From assembly GCA_002633005.1 (NCBI GenBank), contig NMRA01000018.1, forward strand, positions 1,561,531 to 1,625,530: a DNA stretch of 64,000 nt. The letters are read 5' to 3'. The notes beneath the pieces were generated by a model. It searched no databases and was not told the DNA's origin. It was given only the letters and a program-made list of their open reading frames with translations. This document shows, one piece after another, positions 52,301-63,229 of the stretch (positions are counted from its first letter, which is position 1; each line of letters starts with the position of its first letter). The stretch is from Phoronis australis (lineage: Eukaryota > Animalia > Phoronida). The position numbers and the translations under genes are program-made.

Positions 52301-53539
52301 GAACACATGAGCAAAATTTCATAACTATCCTCCAAAGAATTTAAAGGACAGAGAGGCTGCTGCCAGAAATAATAATCTTAAGTGGCACAGAATATTTTAT
52401 ATCCAGCCAAAAATAGCAATTTGTTCTCGTTTCCTCAACAGAAACAGATTTACCGTATTGTACGAAAATACATCAAGAAACGTTGGTAGATATAGAGGCA
52501 TACATAAAGAAAACTTAAATTGCCATCAATCAGTGCTCTAGTGGGGCGTGGGCGCAAGTAGGCGCAGTCAACCACCTTTAGGCATTTGAATATAATGCCT
52601 ACGCATCAAAAGTTATGTTCAGTACTCAAGGTGATACGGTGGTCTTTGGGCGCCTACTTACCTTTAATTTCACCTCTACGGCACTGCCATTAAGGGGCAC
52701 CATAGGAGATCGTCCAATCAACAATCAGTGTCAATTGAGCTCATCTCAATGGCAAGATTTCTGTACAGATTACATAGGTACGCCAGGAAATAGGAAAGTG
52801 TTGCTGTCTCCATAACTGAAACTTATTTGCAAAATTTGATGGAAAATCAGTCAAGGAACTTGCTAGATATACAGACTAACATGAAGAAGTAAAGTTGCCA
52901 CCAGGGGCACAGTGGTAGTCAATACATCCCAAAACTCTCTTGTGTCATTCCATTTGTAAAACTTCACATTCACCAAGGATTTGGAGATGCAGCAGCAGAT
53001 GCCAGACAAAGAGACGGGGGTGACAGCATAATGGGCCTACACACGCATGCTTGCATCCATGCAAACAGTCATACAGAACAAGGCAAAAGTAATCAGACAA
53101 TATAAATCTTTGCCGCACTTGATGGCTAATCCTGTTAATGCGAAAATGACTGGTAATAACTATTACTGCGGCTAATTACAGAATGTCTTAGCCACCATAC
53201 TAACCTTCCTGTTTCCCTTCATTTTCAGTCACAGAGGAAGACCACTTTGACCACGAGTGCTACTTTTGCCCCAGCTGTCATGGCAAGGAATTCTGGGTCA
53301 TTTTGTCTGAATACGTTTGGCTTGTACTGTATATTAATGTGTACAAATAACCTGGAAACGACAGATAAAAGGGCACTCTTGGCATGAAAAGTAATTTCAC
53401 AGAAAAGAAACTCACTAGCAGTATTACTTCAAAGCAATAAACCCACCATAAGGTGCACAACAAGAATACAGTGACACTGATGATTACGATATACATGGAC
53501 ACTGCTCAAGATATTCTAATAGCAGTTCTATGATTGTGT

Positions 53540-54815
53540 CCTGCGGTACTCGTTTGTTGAGAACACCTCACTGGATCGCTTTTTTGACCAGTTTTCATGC
53601 CTTCGTTGAACGCATCAGTCAAAAACATCTTTACACTTTCAGTCATTACATGTATTTCAGGCCTTTATGCTGACTTCAGAGCCCACCCTGTGCTGTATGA
53701 CTCTCCTGCTGTTTGGGTACTAGCTGCCGGCATTTTACACCAGCAAATGTAAAACTGAATAATATAGGATATGTTATCTAGTCCATTGGCAGGCTACCAG
53801 AACACAATTGTTCAACACACGTGAACAGCAGTCACTCACATCCCTCTTCACACAAATCAAACACAGCTTTTGGAACCAAAAATCAGTTCAAAAACTCACG
53901 TGACTAAGAATCACGTCCATGACTCAGGGAAGAGTGTGTGAAGTGTGTTTATAGGCAACAAAGCTGGATGCAACACCAGGAGCCATCATGCTTTTTGGAT
54001 GGGTAGCCATGTTTTGTGAATTCATAAAATGAGCTTACAAATCTAAATGCTGCGGTCATAAGTGACAGTGGCAGATCTACGATTTCAGTAAGGGGGGGTT
54101 TAGGATTCGAAAGGATCCGAGGCGCGTAGCGCCGAGCAGAAGGAAGGTCGCGAGAGGGTTTCCCTCCTCCCGTGTAAAATTTTTTTTATTTTTAGTAGCT
54201 AATTTTGTTTTTCTTGCGATTTTTTTTCAGTTTTTATTTTTGATCCTGTCCCGAGGGGGGGTTTAAACCCCCTGAACCCCCCCCCTGTAGATCCGCCTCT
54301 GAGTGAGAGAGTTGTGCTGTTTGAGTGGTCTAATTAACACATTAATGCACGTCAAAAAATCGAGCCTAAATTTGTGCGAATGTCCAAGCCATGGCTGCAT
54401 AGGCTGCTGAGTAGCACGTTCCACAACAGCTTCACTTTTTGTTGGGTTGTAATATAGAACATCACACAGCGCATTAACATGTTGACTATCAAGTCAACTA
54501 GGAACAGTCAGCGACTAAAATGCATAGCAAGGGATATATGTCAAACCTATGGATTTGTGATGCCAAATTGAGTTCAACGAGCATGCTGTTCGATCATGAA
54601 CTTCCCCTTCTATTTCAATAGCAGTGTCTTTGGCAGCCCATTTTCTCCCCACATCATAACGATGATCTTCAAGTGCTGTTGGCTGTTTATCATGCCAGCC
54701 CATGCTAACTTGCTGCTTAAGTTTGTTTCCAGAGGCAAAAGTGCTGTTACAGCCATCTTTTGGACACAGGAATATCTTTGTCTTTCGATTGCTGAAACTA
54801 GTGAAAGGTGTCAAT
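53540..54815 (-). mobile_element. Decayed DNA-transposon ORF C-terminus (C2H2 finger and GWALK motif; possibly Sola3-like)
   Basis: FLCPKDGCNSTFASGNKLKQQVSMGWH (54515-54814) and GWALKSA*...FLTDAFNEGMKTGQKSDP (about 53678-53570) on the minus strand; family name from recollection. Confidence 0.45.
54066..54301 (-). mobile_element. 236-bp MITE derived from hAT family 2
   Basis: CAGTGGCAGATCTACG ... TGTAGATCCGCCTCTG; TSD AGTGA on both sides; both ends match the ends of 46252-48891 in reverse orientation. Confidence 0.9.
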
Positions 54816-56204
54816 GAGGATGCAGCATGACATTCCTGTTATGTATAGCGCCACCTGGCGTCGAATACAGTAGTATGTAACACGGACACGAGTTGTCTTT
54901 TGTCTCTTCAGCTTCGGCATTTCCTGCATATATAACAATTCTTAAACCACTAGTTCCATTGGTTTGCAATCAGAAGCAGGATTCTCCAAAACCATTCCAT
55001 CTCCGATCCCAAGCAAACACTTTTCCTATTGAAATAGATAAATTAGTTGTAAGCATTAGAATACAAGTACTTTTTAAAAATCAAGCTATAAAAGCATATT
55101 CCATTCCATCACATATTTAACTTTTTTTAGACACATACACATCTGAAGCTGGTTCTCAGATGGTATGACTAATCACAGAGAGATTTCTGAGAAAAATCAA
55201 TGCATGTAATTGCATACAGCCCATATTTTGAATTGTTACGTGGCTCACCTTCAAATTAGAAGTTATTAAGTTGACGTAATCCTGGGATTAAGTGGTGAAC
55301 ATCCTTTGCATTCCTGGCCTGAGGCTGCAAACGTACACCTTACAACCACAGGCGTCCTCAGACTCTGATCGCCCGCAATACACTATATGTAATACTAAAA
55401 GGTATGACACTACCGACCACAAATTTCAGGGGTGCTTCACTTCAGCCGTCCACATCAAACTCAAATCTCAATACATTTACATAAAAAAAGGTTTCAACAA
55501 ACCACTAGCAGTTGTTCTTTCTTCTAATACCATTCACAGTGTCCTGCTTCAGCGAGATAGCAACAAATTTGTTGTCAAAGCACAAAATGTTCCCAAAAAG
55601 CCCACGCATCGAGCCTTCTTGGACTGTTCGAGGTCAAGGACGGTACGGCAATTGCCATTTTGTCACGGAGTGTCACGACATCGGTAACTCCACACTTAGC
55701 CGCCACGAGAAAAACGACTACTTCAACAAATCCCTGACTTGATGCCTGTGAGTTGCGGAGACATTAAAATGATAATAGATCATATAAAAACGGGCACTGA
55801 TGAAAGCAACCAGCACTTGCTTTTCATGATTTGTTTACTAATTCCAGAAGGTAAAAATTAGTACATAACCACAAGTCATCAGAGGATGTAAACCTCCCAA
55901 TAGGCTCCATTCTGGAATTAGTGACATTCTGTGTAAATACCACCTACTTCCAACACCAAGACAAGTTCTACGAGAAGAAATAAGGAATGACAATGGGTTC
56001 ACCACAATCACCAGCCTTAGCTAACTTGTACATGGAGTGGTTCGAACAAACAGCTCTCAGCTCAGCTAACAGACCCCCGCAGAAGTGGAAACGATACGTT
56101 GATGACACATTCACAATATTCAGCTAAGACTCAGAAAATCCATCAGAGTTCCTTGACTATCTGCACAGCATAGCGCCTACAATTAGATTCACAATGGAAG
56201 AAGA

Positions 56205-56585
56205 CTGTACTTCGGGAGCAAGTTTTCTGTTATACAGAATTTGTTGAATGCACGACACTTTTCATTGTTCACGGTCTTTATTCCGTTGCGTTCATACTTT
56301 CTGAACAAAACTCTACTCTCTATTCTTTGCAGTATTTCACACCCGACGTGTCTCACTGTGTGTGTCGTCAGCTTATACTCTGTGGTGGCATTACTGCGTC
56401 ATTTTATCTTCACTTGAGAATGAAACAAGTATGCTTCGAAATATCGTGTGTCTTTTAATTATGTCGCTAGGTCAGTTACTGTATCTATGTTCAGTAGAGA
56501 GTAGAGTTTTGTTCAGAAAGTATGAACGCAACGGAATAAAGACCGTGAACAATGAAAAGTGTCGTGCATTCAACAAATTCTGTAT
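56205..56585. mobile_element. Insertion with perfect 93-bp inverted arms and 12-bp TSD inside the Penelope RT
   Basis: 56230-56322 is the exact reverse complement of 56495-56587; AATGGAAGAAGA duplicated at 56193-56204 and 56586-56597. Confidence 0.85.
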
Positions 56586-57400
56586 AATGGAAGAAGAGAC
56601 AAACAACAGTCTCCCATTTTAGACGTACTAGTGACTCGTCAAGGACAGTTAACAACGTCAGTCTACTATATAAAGACCCACACATGACGATACCTCGACT
56701 TCAAGTCCAACCACACCAAAGGAGTCATGAAGGGTATAATCAAATGCCTTGCATCAAGATCAAAAGAAATCTGCAGTGCTACAGCACTTTAGGCATACTT
56801 GGCCAACCTGAAGGACAATTCGAAAGAAATGGCTACCCAGGGGATTTCATCAAGACGGGTTTAACATCGTTGAGAAAAGAGAAAGTGGCAGAAGAACGCC
56901 CACTGCAGACTATGTACTTACCGTATATACCCGGAATAACCGAGAAGCTAGGACGCGTTTGTAAAGAATTTAAGATAAGAAAAGTATACCGCAGCTCAGA
57001 CACACTGGGTTGGCGATTGACAAAAGTCAAACCAAGAACTGAATTGGGAAAAAAGAAAAATGTCATCAGTGAAATCCCATGTGAATGTAGTGAATCATAT
57101 TATCGGTAAAACTCTAAGACCTCTGGAGACGATAATTGCTGAAAATAAAAGGTGTTGTAGAGAGGGTAATACCTCATCAGGAGTAGCAGAACACATGTGG
57201 TCGAAACAACACAATATCTGGTGGAATAACATGAGAATACTCGACAGTGAAACAGGTTGGACCCAGAGAAAGATCAAGGAAGCCATGTACATGAAAGTAC
57301 AGGGCAATATCTTCAGTCTTCCAAGCAAACAACCAAGTGACACCTGGCTCAGTCTACTTAGGAAGGTTTAAGTATAATAAAATTCCCTAAGTAAATGGAT

Positions 57401-57483
57401 GACTCCGTCGTGTAGTGGTTAAGGTGCTGGACTCAAATCATATGTAGTTCCAGAAGTCGTGGATTCAAATCCTGCCTCGGACA
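57401..57483 (+). repeat. tRNA-derived sequence (pseudo-tRNA/SINE head)
   Basis: GTGTAGTGGTTAAGG A-box region, CTGGA/TCCAG anticodon-like stem with enlarged loop, GGATTCAAATCC B-box-like, A-rich tail. Confidence 0.55.
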
Positions 57484-57598
57484 AGAAAAAAAATCACACG
57501 ATGAGTGTACCACAAATCCGTGCTCATTCTTCTAAGAACGCGGGAACACCTGACGATGACCAGAGAATAGACCGACAGAAACGTCGTGACAGTGTAAA

Positions 57599-57808
57599 AA
57601 AATAATTGCAGGCGGTCTGATACACGTTGTATCAGACGTGCGCAGGCCTCGCATGTGAGCCCATTGCACTGATCACCTGGAAATATTTTTATGCTTTATT
57701 GATATATGGTTAAAACCGAGCTGAGGAGCTAGAAACCTGGCTCAAGGGTTTTGCAGTGTGACATGGTGGGACTTGAACCCACGACCTCGAGTAAAGAAAG
57801 CGGGCACT
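57599..57808 (-). mobile_element. tRNA-derived SINE, copy 1
   Basis: Reverse complement of 63025-63220; TSD GTGACAGTGTAAA at 57586-57598 and 57809-57821. Confidence 0.85.
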
Positions 57809-58194
57809 GTGACAGTGTAAATAGACCAAGAGATTTTAATAATAGTTTTATACTTTGTAGCTAATTCACCCCAAGTGATAAATATACTATATCAAATTTA
57901 AAATTCGAGACATATTATGTTCCCAGAATATTGCAAATTGCCTTACTTTCTCATGCAGTGACTCTTAATAAGAAAAGTGTCCGACCTTGAAGTTTCGGAC
58001 ACTTAGTTTTGAATTAGTTTTTCCACCTTAACCCAGTTAGATTTTGGAGACAGATCCTTGACGTCGGCTTCTAAAATAGGATTTAATTGTTACTGACTGT
58101 CATATGTTTAATTTCGAAACAACTATGAGTCATTTCTGCAAGTAAAGGACCCATGAAATATTATGCTTTCATACAAAACAACTTCTGTCTCAAA

Positions 58195-59976
58195 AGCCCA
58201 TTAAAAGTCTAGGAATATTCTTTGGCGGAAGAGGGGATGACGCTGAAAAACTCAATTTTGATGATAAAATCCAAAAGCTTAAAGACCTGTTTAATATTTG
58301 GAAAATACGAAATTTGTCCATAAAAGGCAGAATCTTCCTTACGAAAACTTATGGTTTATCGAAACTCATTCATGTAGTGTCAACTGTGGGTATCTCTAAA
58401 AAAAGAATTCGTGAAGTTAATAAACTTATCAGAGAATTTGTTTGGTTAAATAAAACACCAAAAATTAAAGAAACTGTGACTATTTTACCATATCAAGAGG
58501 GTGGTTTGAAATATCCTAACATGGAACTGATCAAATTAAACTTATTATTTAATTGGGTCAAGCGCTTTAATACAGAGGATGAGGCAAGTTGGAAGATATA
58601 CCCGAGGCATCTTTTCAGTCGTATTGGCGGTGTCCTCATTTTTTCATCCAATTTTGAACTGAAAACCCTAAAATGCGAAATTAAGAACCCTTTTTACAAA
58701 GATGTTCTCTCAACCTTAGATATTCTTAATCCTGGAATATTTAATGAAGTACCAATAGCCAAACAAGTGATATGGAACAATTGTAACTTAACTGTTAACG
58801 GTAAATCGTTATTTTAACAAGATCTGTACAATGCAGGCCTCATATTTTGTGAAGATTTTTTAGATAGCCAGAACAAACTTCTTAAATGGGAAAGCATTAA
58901 GAAAAATTATAACTTAAAGGATACGTCTATCATACCATTTTATTCCACCACAACGACCTTGAAGAAAGTTCTGGGTCCGTCGGATAGAAGGATTGTTAGT
59001 TGTAATAACATTAGATTTTTATTCTTCAATAGTTCCACTCCATGGATCAAAAACACATTTATTCACAAGTTTTCTGTAAAACCAGATAATTATGCGTTTT
59101 TACTCAACTACTACACAGACGCCGAAATTAAAGAAATATATAATCTCCCTTTTAATCTACCCATAAACCGTCATTTGTCATTGTTTAAATACTTTTTCAT
59201 TCACAAAAGAATTTATACAAACAAAATGTTAAAAATATTTGGTATTTCACAAACAGACCAATGTCCCTACTGTGGCGAAGTCCAGACTTTTCAGCATATG
59301 TTTTACAGCTGCGTCTGTGTTAAACGTTTCTGGAATTCTTTACATCATTTCATAAGTAAAGTTTTTAATTTACACACTGAGCCATCTATGTTCCACTTCT
59401 TAGTTTGCTTCTTTGGCAATCTAAGTGAAATCTTGAATACCATATACACTCATGCCCAACATTATATTTATACATCATCGAGAGATAGGTCTCAACCTTG
59501 TTTTAATAAGTTTAGATGTATACTTTTTGACGCAGTGAACCTCATTGTATTTAATGCCTCGGATAAAACTTCAGAACAGTGGAGGGTTTTGCAGGCATCT
59601 CTTTAAAATGATTCAAATAATACATGGTGTTATTTTTTTTTTAACCACTTCTGTTGTATTATAAGAAAATTGACCTTTTCATAAATATGCACCTACGTAA
59701 ATGTAAACATAAGTTAAGTTAATTAAATCGTGTGAATGTGGGTGTGAATGAGTGTATGAAAGTCCTTCCCCTTCCCGTTTCCCCCCTTTCATATTATTAT
59801 CGGCTAATTATTCGCCCAATCATTAGGAGTAATTTCCAGATACTTATTTGTTTAATTAAGGTGATGTATTATACTCTAGTAAGTTGTAAAGATACGTAGT
59901 TGGGGCTACCCAACCCCAGCCGTATCTACTATTCATTAATGATATGCTTTCTGGGTAAATAAACGTATTAAAAAAA
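58195..59976 (+). mobile_element. 5'-truncated L1/Tx1-clade LINE (ORF2 C-terminus, zinc finger, poly-A)
   Basis: LSIKGRIFLTKTYGLSKL..EGGLK and CPYCGEVQTFQHMFYSC; AATAAA then A-tail; TSD AACTTCTGTCTCAAA at 58180-58194 and 59977-59991; empty site near 24770 in copy B. Confidence 0.9.
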
Positions 59977-60183
59977 AACTTCTGTCTCAAATATAAATCA
60001 TAATATGCTCATTTTTCTGGGAAGTTCACTGTCCAAAATTCAAGTAATCGATCTACTTATGCGTTTAGAGATGTATGTTGTGTTTCAAATTATTCTCATA
60101 CTGTCTCAGTCATCTCATGTCCGACTAATTAGCAATTCTCCGGCGTTGTCTTTATTGTGTTTTTTTTTTCAATTATGTTCTAG

Positions 60184-60308
60184 ATGCTGCTACGTTCATG
60201 ACCAGTGCTATGATGGAATCATCAAAAGCGGGCGTTGTGGGAGTCTTTCTGGCTTCTATATCACGAGATATCACTTCAGTGAATGTCGCAATCGCAAGGT
60301 TACGTGCA
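60184..60308 (+). CDS. sPLA2 copy C, exon 3 (catalytic His48-Asp49)
   Basis: ttctAG|RCCYVHDQCYDGIIKSGRCGSLSGFYITRYHFSECRNRKVTC|GTAAG; 125 nt, phase 2-1. Confidence 0.95.
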
Positions 60309-61372
60309 GTAAGTTGTACATTTATTCATAAGTGACATCTAGTGGCTATACATCTCGAAATATCACATCAGTCTATGCCGTAATCGCAAGGCAACGTGCA
60401 TTTAAGCTGTACATCTATTCACGCCGTGCCATCTAGTGACTCCATATCACGAGACCCCACTTCTGTAGAGCGGTAATAAAGTGTTGTACAGCTATTCAAC
60501 AGGGCCATTACTTTGTTAGTGTCACAGTTTGTTACCGAGTTGATCTTCTGATACACGTGTGTATTACTTTAGAAACATGGTGGCCACCACTGCGGCTCTG
60601 TGCACTTCGTCATCAAATACACAGATGGCAGTGGACAGAATCCTTCGATATCAAAATCATCAAATGACCTAAACCTGGTGGTTTTTCGGTCTTCCGGACT
60701 TCTTAAATAAAATTTCAGTGAAAAGTTGAGGAGAAATCAGTGTTCTTCTTCCGAAGAAATACGATAAATAGTAGCCCAAAATGAAGTCATCGTTTGTCTT
60801 TTGTTGACCAATGGTCATAACGGCGGCATATAATTAGTTTACTACTTGCGACCTTTAAGAAATGGTCGCTAGGTTATTGTTTGATCTTGGAAGCCGCTTT
60901 CGTCTGGAGTTAGAACTGTGCAAGGGATATTTGTTTTATAGCTAGAAAAAGATCAAAATCATTATTAGTTTTTGTACAACAGACAAGTTTGTAACAAGTT
61001 ATGTAGATAGAGTTTGCGGTGTTAGACTCTCGTCCATGAGTGTTCTGTAAGGAGCTGGTTGGAAATAATGGCAATGTTAAATTTTAGGACACGGTCACGC
61101 ATAGGGGGTTTTGCACATTTCCCACTGTTGAAAACGTGCAAGGAATATCGTTTCGTTTGTTAATGGAAAGAAACGAACAAACTCATCCTCAATATATAAA
61201 GAAAAATACTGTTTGAAAATATCTCCAATTTTTCAAAATACATGCATTGCCAAGCAATCAATACATACAGTAAATGTTTGAAAGAGTTTGCTGGTGTAGA
61301 CTGGTCGTCTAAACTCACCAAAAGTATCAGCACGCTCGTGGTTGCAAACAAAACTTTCACGGAGTTTGTCAG

Positions 61373-61598
61373 CAGGGGCGGATCCAAGATTTTGAGTTAG
61401 GGGGGCAGGGCACAGGAATAGCCAGAGTTTCGGCAGATGCTTGAGCTCAGCCTAAGATATAGGGATGCAGGGGTCTCGAATTTTTTGGGTTTGCGGACCT
61501 TTTGTCTAAAAATATCGGTAAACGGGGTTTGGTCGTTTGACAGGGCCTGTGAATTGTTTATTCACCCCCCGATCCCCCATGGTTGCGCGCATGTGCTA
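61373..61598. mobile_element. Probable CAGGGGCGG-type MITE
   Basis: Starts CAGGGGCGGATCCAAG after GTCAG; GTCAG recurs at 61599; right terminus degenerate. Confidence 0.4.
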
Positions 61599-61743
61599 GT
61601 CAGCAGTTCGCACCCGAACTGCCAAATGGTATCTGGTAGAATTTTATGGCGGCCATGGCCCCTTNTGTAGCTCTGACAGAGCGTGTGACTTTTGATTAAC
61701 GGTGCCAGGATGAATTGATTACATCAGCCCGCGTCCTTTTCAG

Positions 61744-61919
61744 CCGAGAAGAAAGACTACCCGAATAAACCGTGGTACCCTTGGTACTGGCTCTGGAGCA
61801 GTTACCCTATTGAGTGTCGTGTGGCAAAGTGCAAATGTGACTTGGCGTCGGCTGAATGCTTTGCCTTAAATCCTGTAAATGATAAATATCATAATTACGA
61901 TTTGAAGAACTGTAATTGA
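61744..61919 (+). CDS. sPLA2 copy C, exon 4 (Trp-rich loop, Asp99 helix, stop)
   Basis: ttttcAG|(T)EKKDYPNKPWYPWYWLWSSYPIECRVAKCKCDLASAECFALNPVNDKYHNYDLKNCN-TGA; joined CDS 567 nt = 188 aa with no stops. Confidence 0.95.
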
Positions 61920-61957
61920 ACGTCAAAAGATTGTTGCACGTGTGAATAACCGTGAAT

Positions 61958-61970
61958 AATAAACAATAAA
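61958..61970 (+). terminator. Candidate polyadenylation signals of copy C
   Basis: Two AATAAA at 61958 and 61965, about 40 nt after the stop, followed by a GT/T-rich tract. Confidence 0.5.
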
Positions 61971-62176
61971 AATGTTGTTTTATGTTTCTGCTCATGCTTG
62001 CAAAAATTCTTTGAGTTAGTATATTATAAAGTAGTTGCTGGATGTAAGAGGAATATTGTCAAAATATTATAAAGAAGTGGTTTTTTACGCTGAACTAACT
62101 TTGTTTTTCTTTTTCCATGAATTTGTTTTACAATGCGTAGGAGTTGAGGAAACGCCACAGTTGACTCCAACTTCAG

Positions 62177-62577
62177 GGCCCGGTCTCCAATCTTTTTACT
62201 CAAAATGGAACTCGAAATTAGGTTTGGCATTTTCTACTCTACTTTTGGGCGAACTCAAGATAAGTGTCTATTATTCTATGCTCGAGTACACAATAACTTA
62301 CGTAGATAATTTATTGCCCTTAGTTCACAGTTTGTAAACCCAATGTTAAAGCAATAAGTTCGAGTTTGAACTCGAAATTTCGAGTTTTTACTCGAGTTTG
62401 TAGCACGAATATAAGGGTCTTCAAGGGCAAACTTGAACTAGAAACTCCTATGCATAAACTATAATGTATTCGAGCACAGTCTGATAACCAATTATCCTAC
62501 GTTCGCACAAAAGGAGCAGAGAAATTGCCAAAAATAGTTTCGAGTTCGTTTCGAGTACAAAGATTAGAGACCGGGCC
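62177..62577. mobile_element. Harbinger-like palindromic MITE
   Basis: CAG|GGCCCGGTCTCCAATCTTT ... AAAGATTAGAGACCGGGCC|CAG; central palindrome AACTCGAAATTTCGAGTT; empty site near 1195 downstream of copy A. Confidence 0.85.
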
Positions 62578-62998
62578 CAGAAAACAAAAGAGTTTGAGAT
62601 GTAGTAAATAACCCAACCAGTTGTGTAGCTTCAGCTTTCTAATCAACGATTTTTAATATAAAGAAGAGAACTGTTTCTATGCTTTCTATCGAGGAAATTG
62701 GGATCAATTTGAACCAAAACGCAGTGGTTGAAGGAGAAGTATTAGCTCAGTGGGGCATGCGAAACTGTAAGTGGGCCAGCTGAACTGAGGCTGAAGGAAG
62801 ATGCCTGGCTGGCTATTCTGATCTGCACTTAGAGTCAACTGTAGCACGTATTCTAATTTCTGAGTCTTTAAAAAGAAAATATGGGATTGTTGGAAACCAT
62901 TTTCCGGCATTCAGGTTTCAGAGTAATGTTTATAACAAATGTGACTATGTATTGTACAAAATTACAGCTACAATTGTGTGCGAACAGCAAACATGCTC

Positions 62999-63229
62999 AA
63001 ACAGGAGGCAGTGTGGCCTGGATGATAAGTGCCCGCTTTCTTTACTCGAGGTCGTGGGTTCAAGTCCCACCAGGTCACACTTCTAAACCCTTGAGCCCCA
63101 GCTCGGCTTTAACCATATATTAATAAAGCATAAAATAATTCAAGGTGATCAGTGCAATGAGCCCACATGCGAGGCCTGCGCACGCCTGGTACAACCTGTG
63201 TCAGACCGCCTGCAATTATTTCTTTAAAT
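62999..63229 (+). mobile_element. tRNA-derived SINE, copy 2 (full length)
   Basis: A box GTGTGGCCTGGATG, B box GGGTTCAAGTCCC; TSD AAACATGCTC at 62989-62998 and 63230-63239; empty site near 1630. Confidence 0.85.

Larger units (their letters stand above)
55865..57845 (+). mobile_element. Penelope-like retroelement (RT plus GIY-YIG endonuclease), decayed and interrupted
   Basis: GMTMGSPQSPALANLYME, WKRYVDDTF, FTMEEE-NNSLPFLDV, LPYIPGITEKL, IPCECSESY-IGKTLRPL, RKIKEA motifs; hammerhead-like CTGACGA...GAAACGTC at 57550-57585. Confidence 0.9.

Noticed and set aside
55797-55830. Hammerhead ribozyme at CTGATGA-AAGCAA...TTGCTT
   Set aside because: The required GAAA after stem II is absent
57401-57483. 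Functional intron-containing tRNA-Leu(CAA)
   Set aside because: No long variable arm, broken T-stem and poor D-stem pairing
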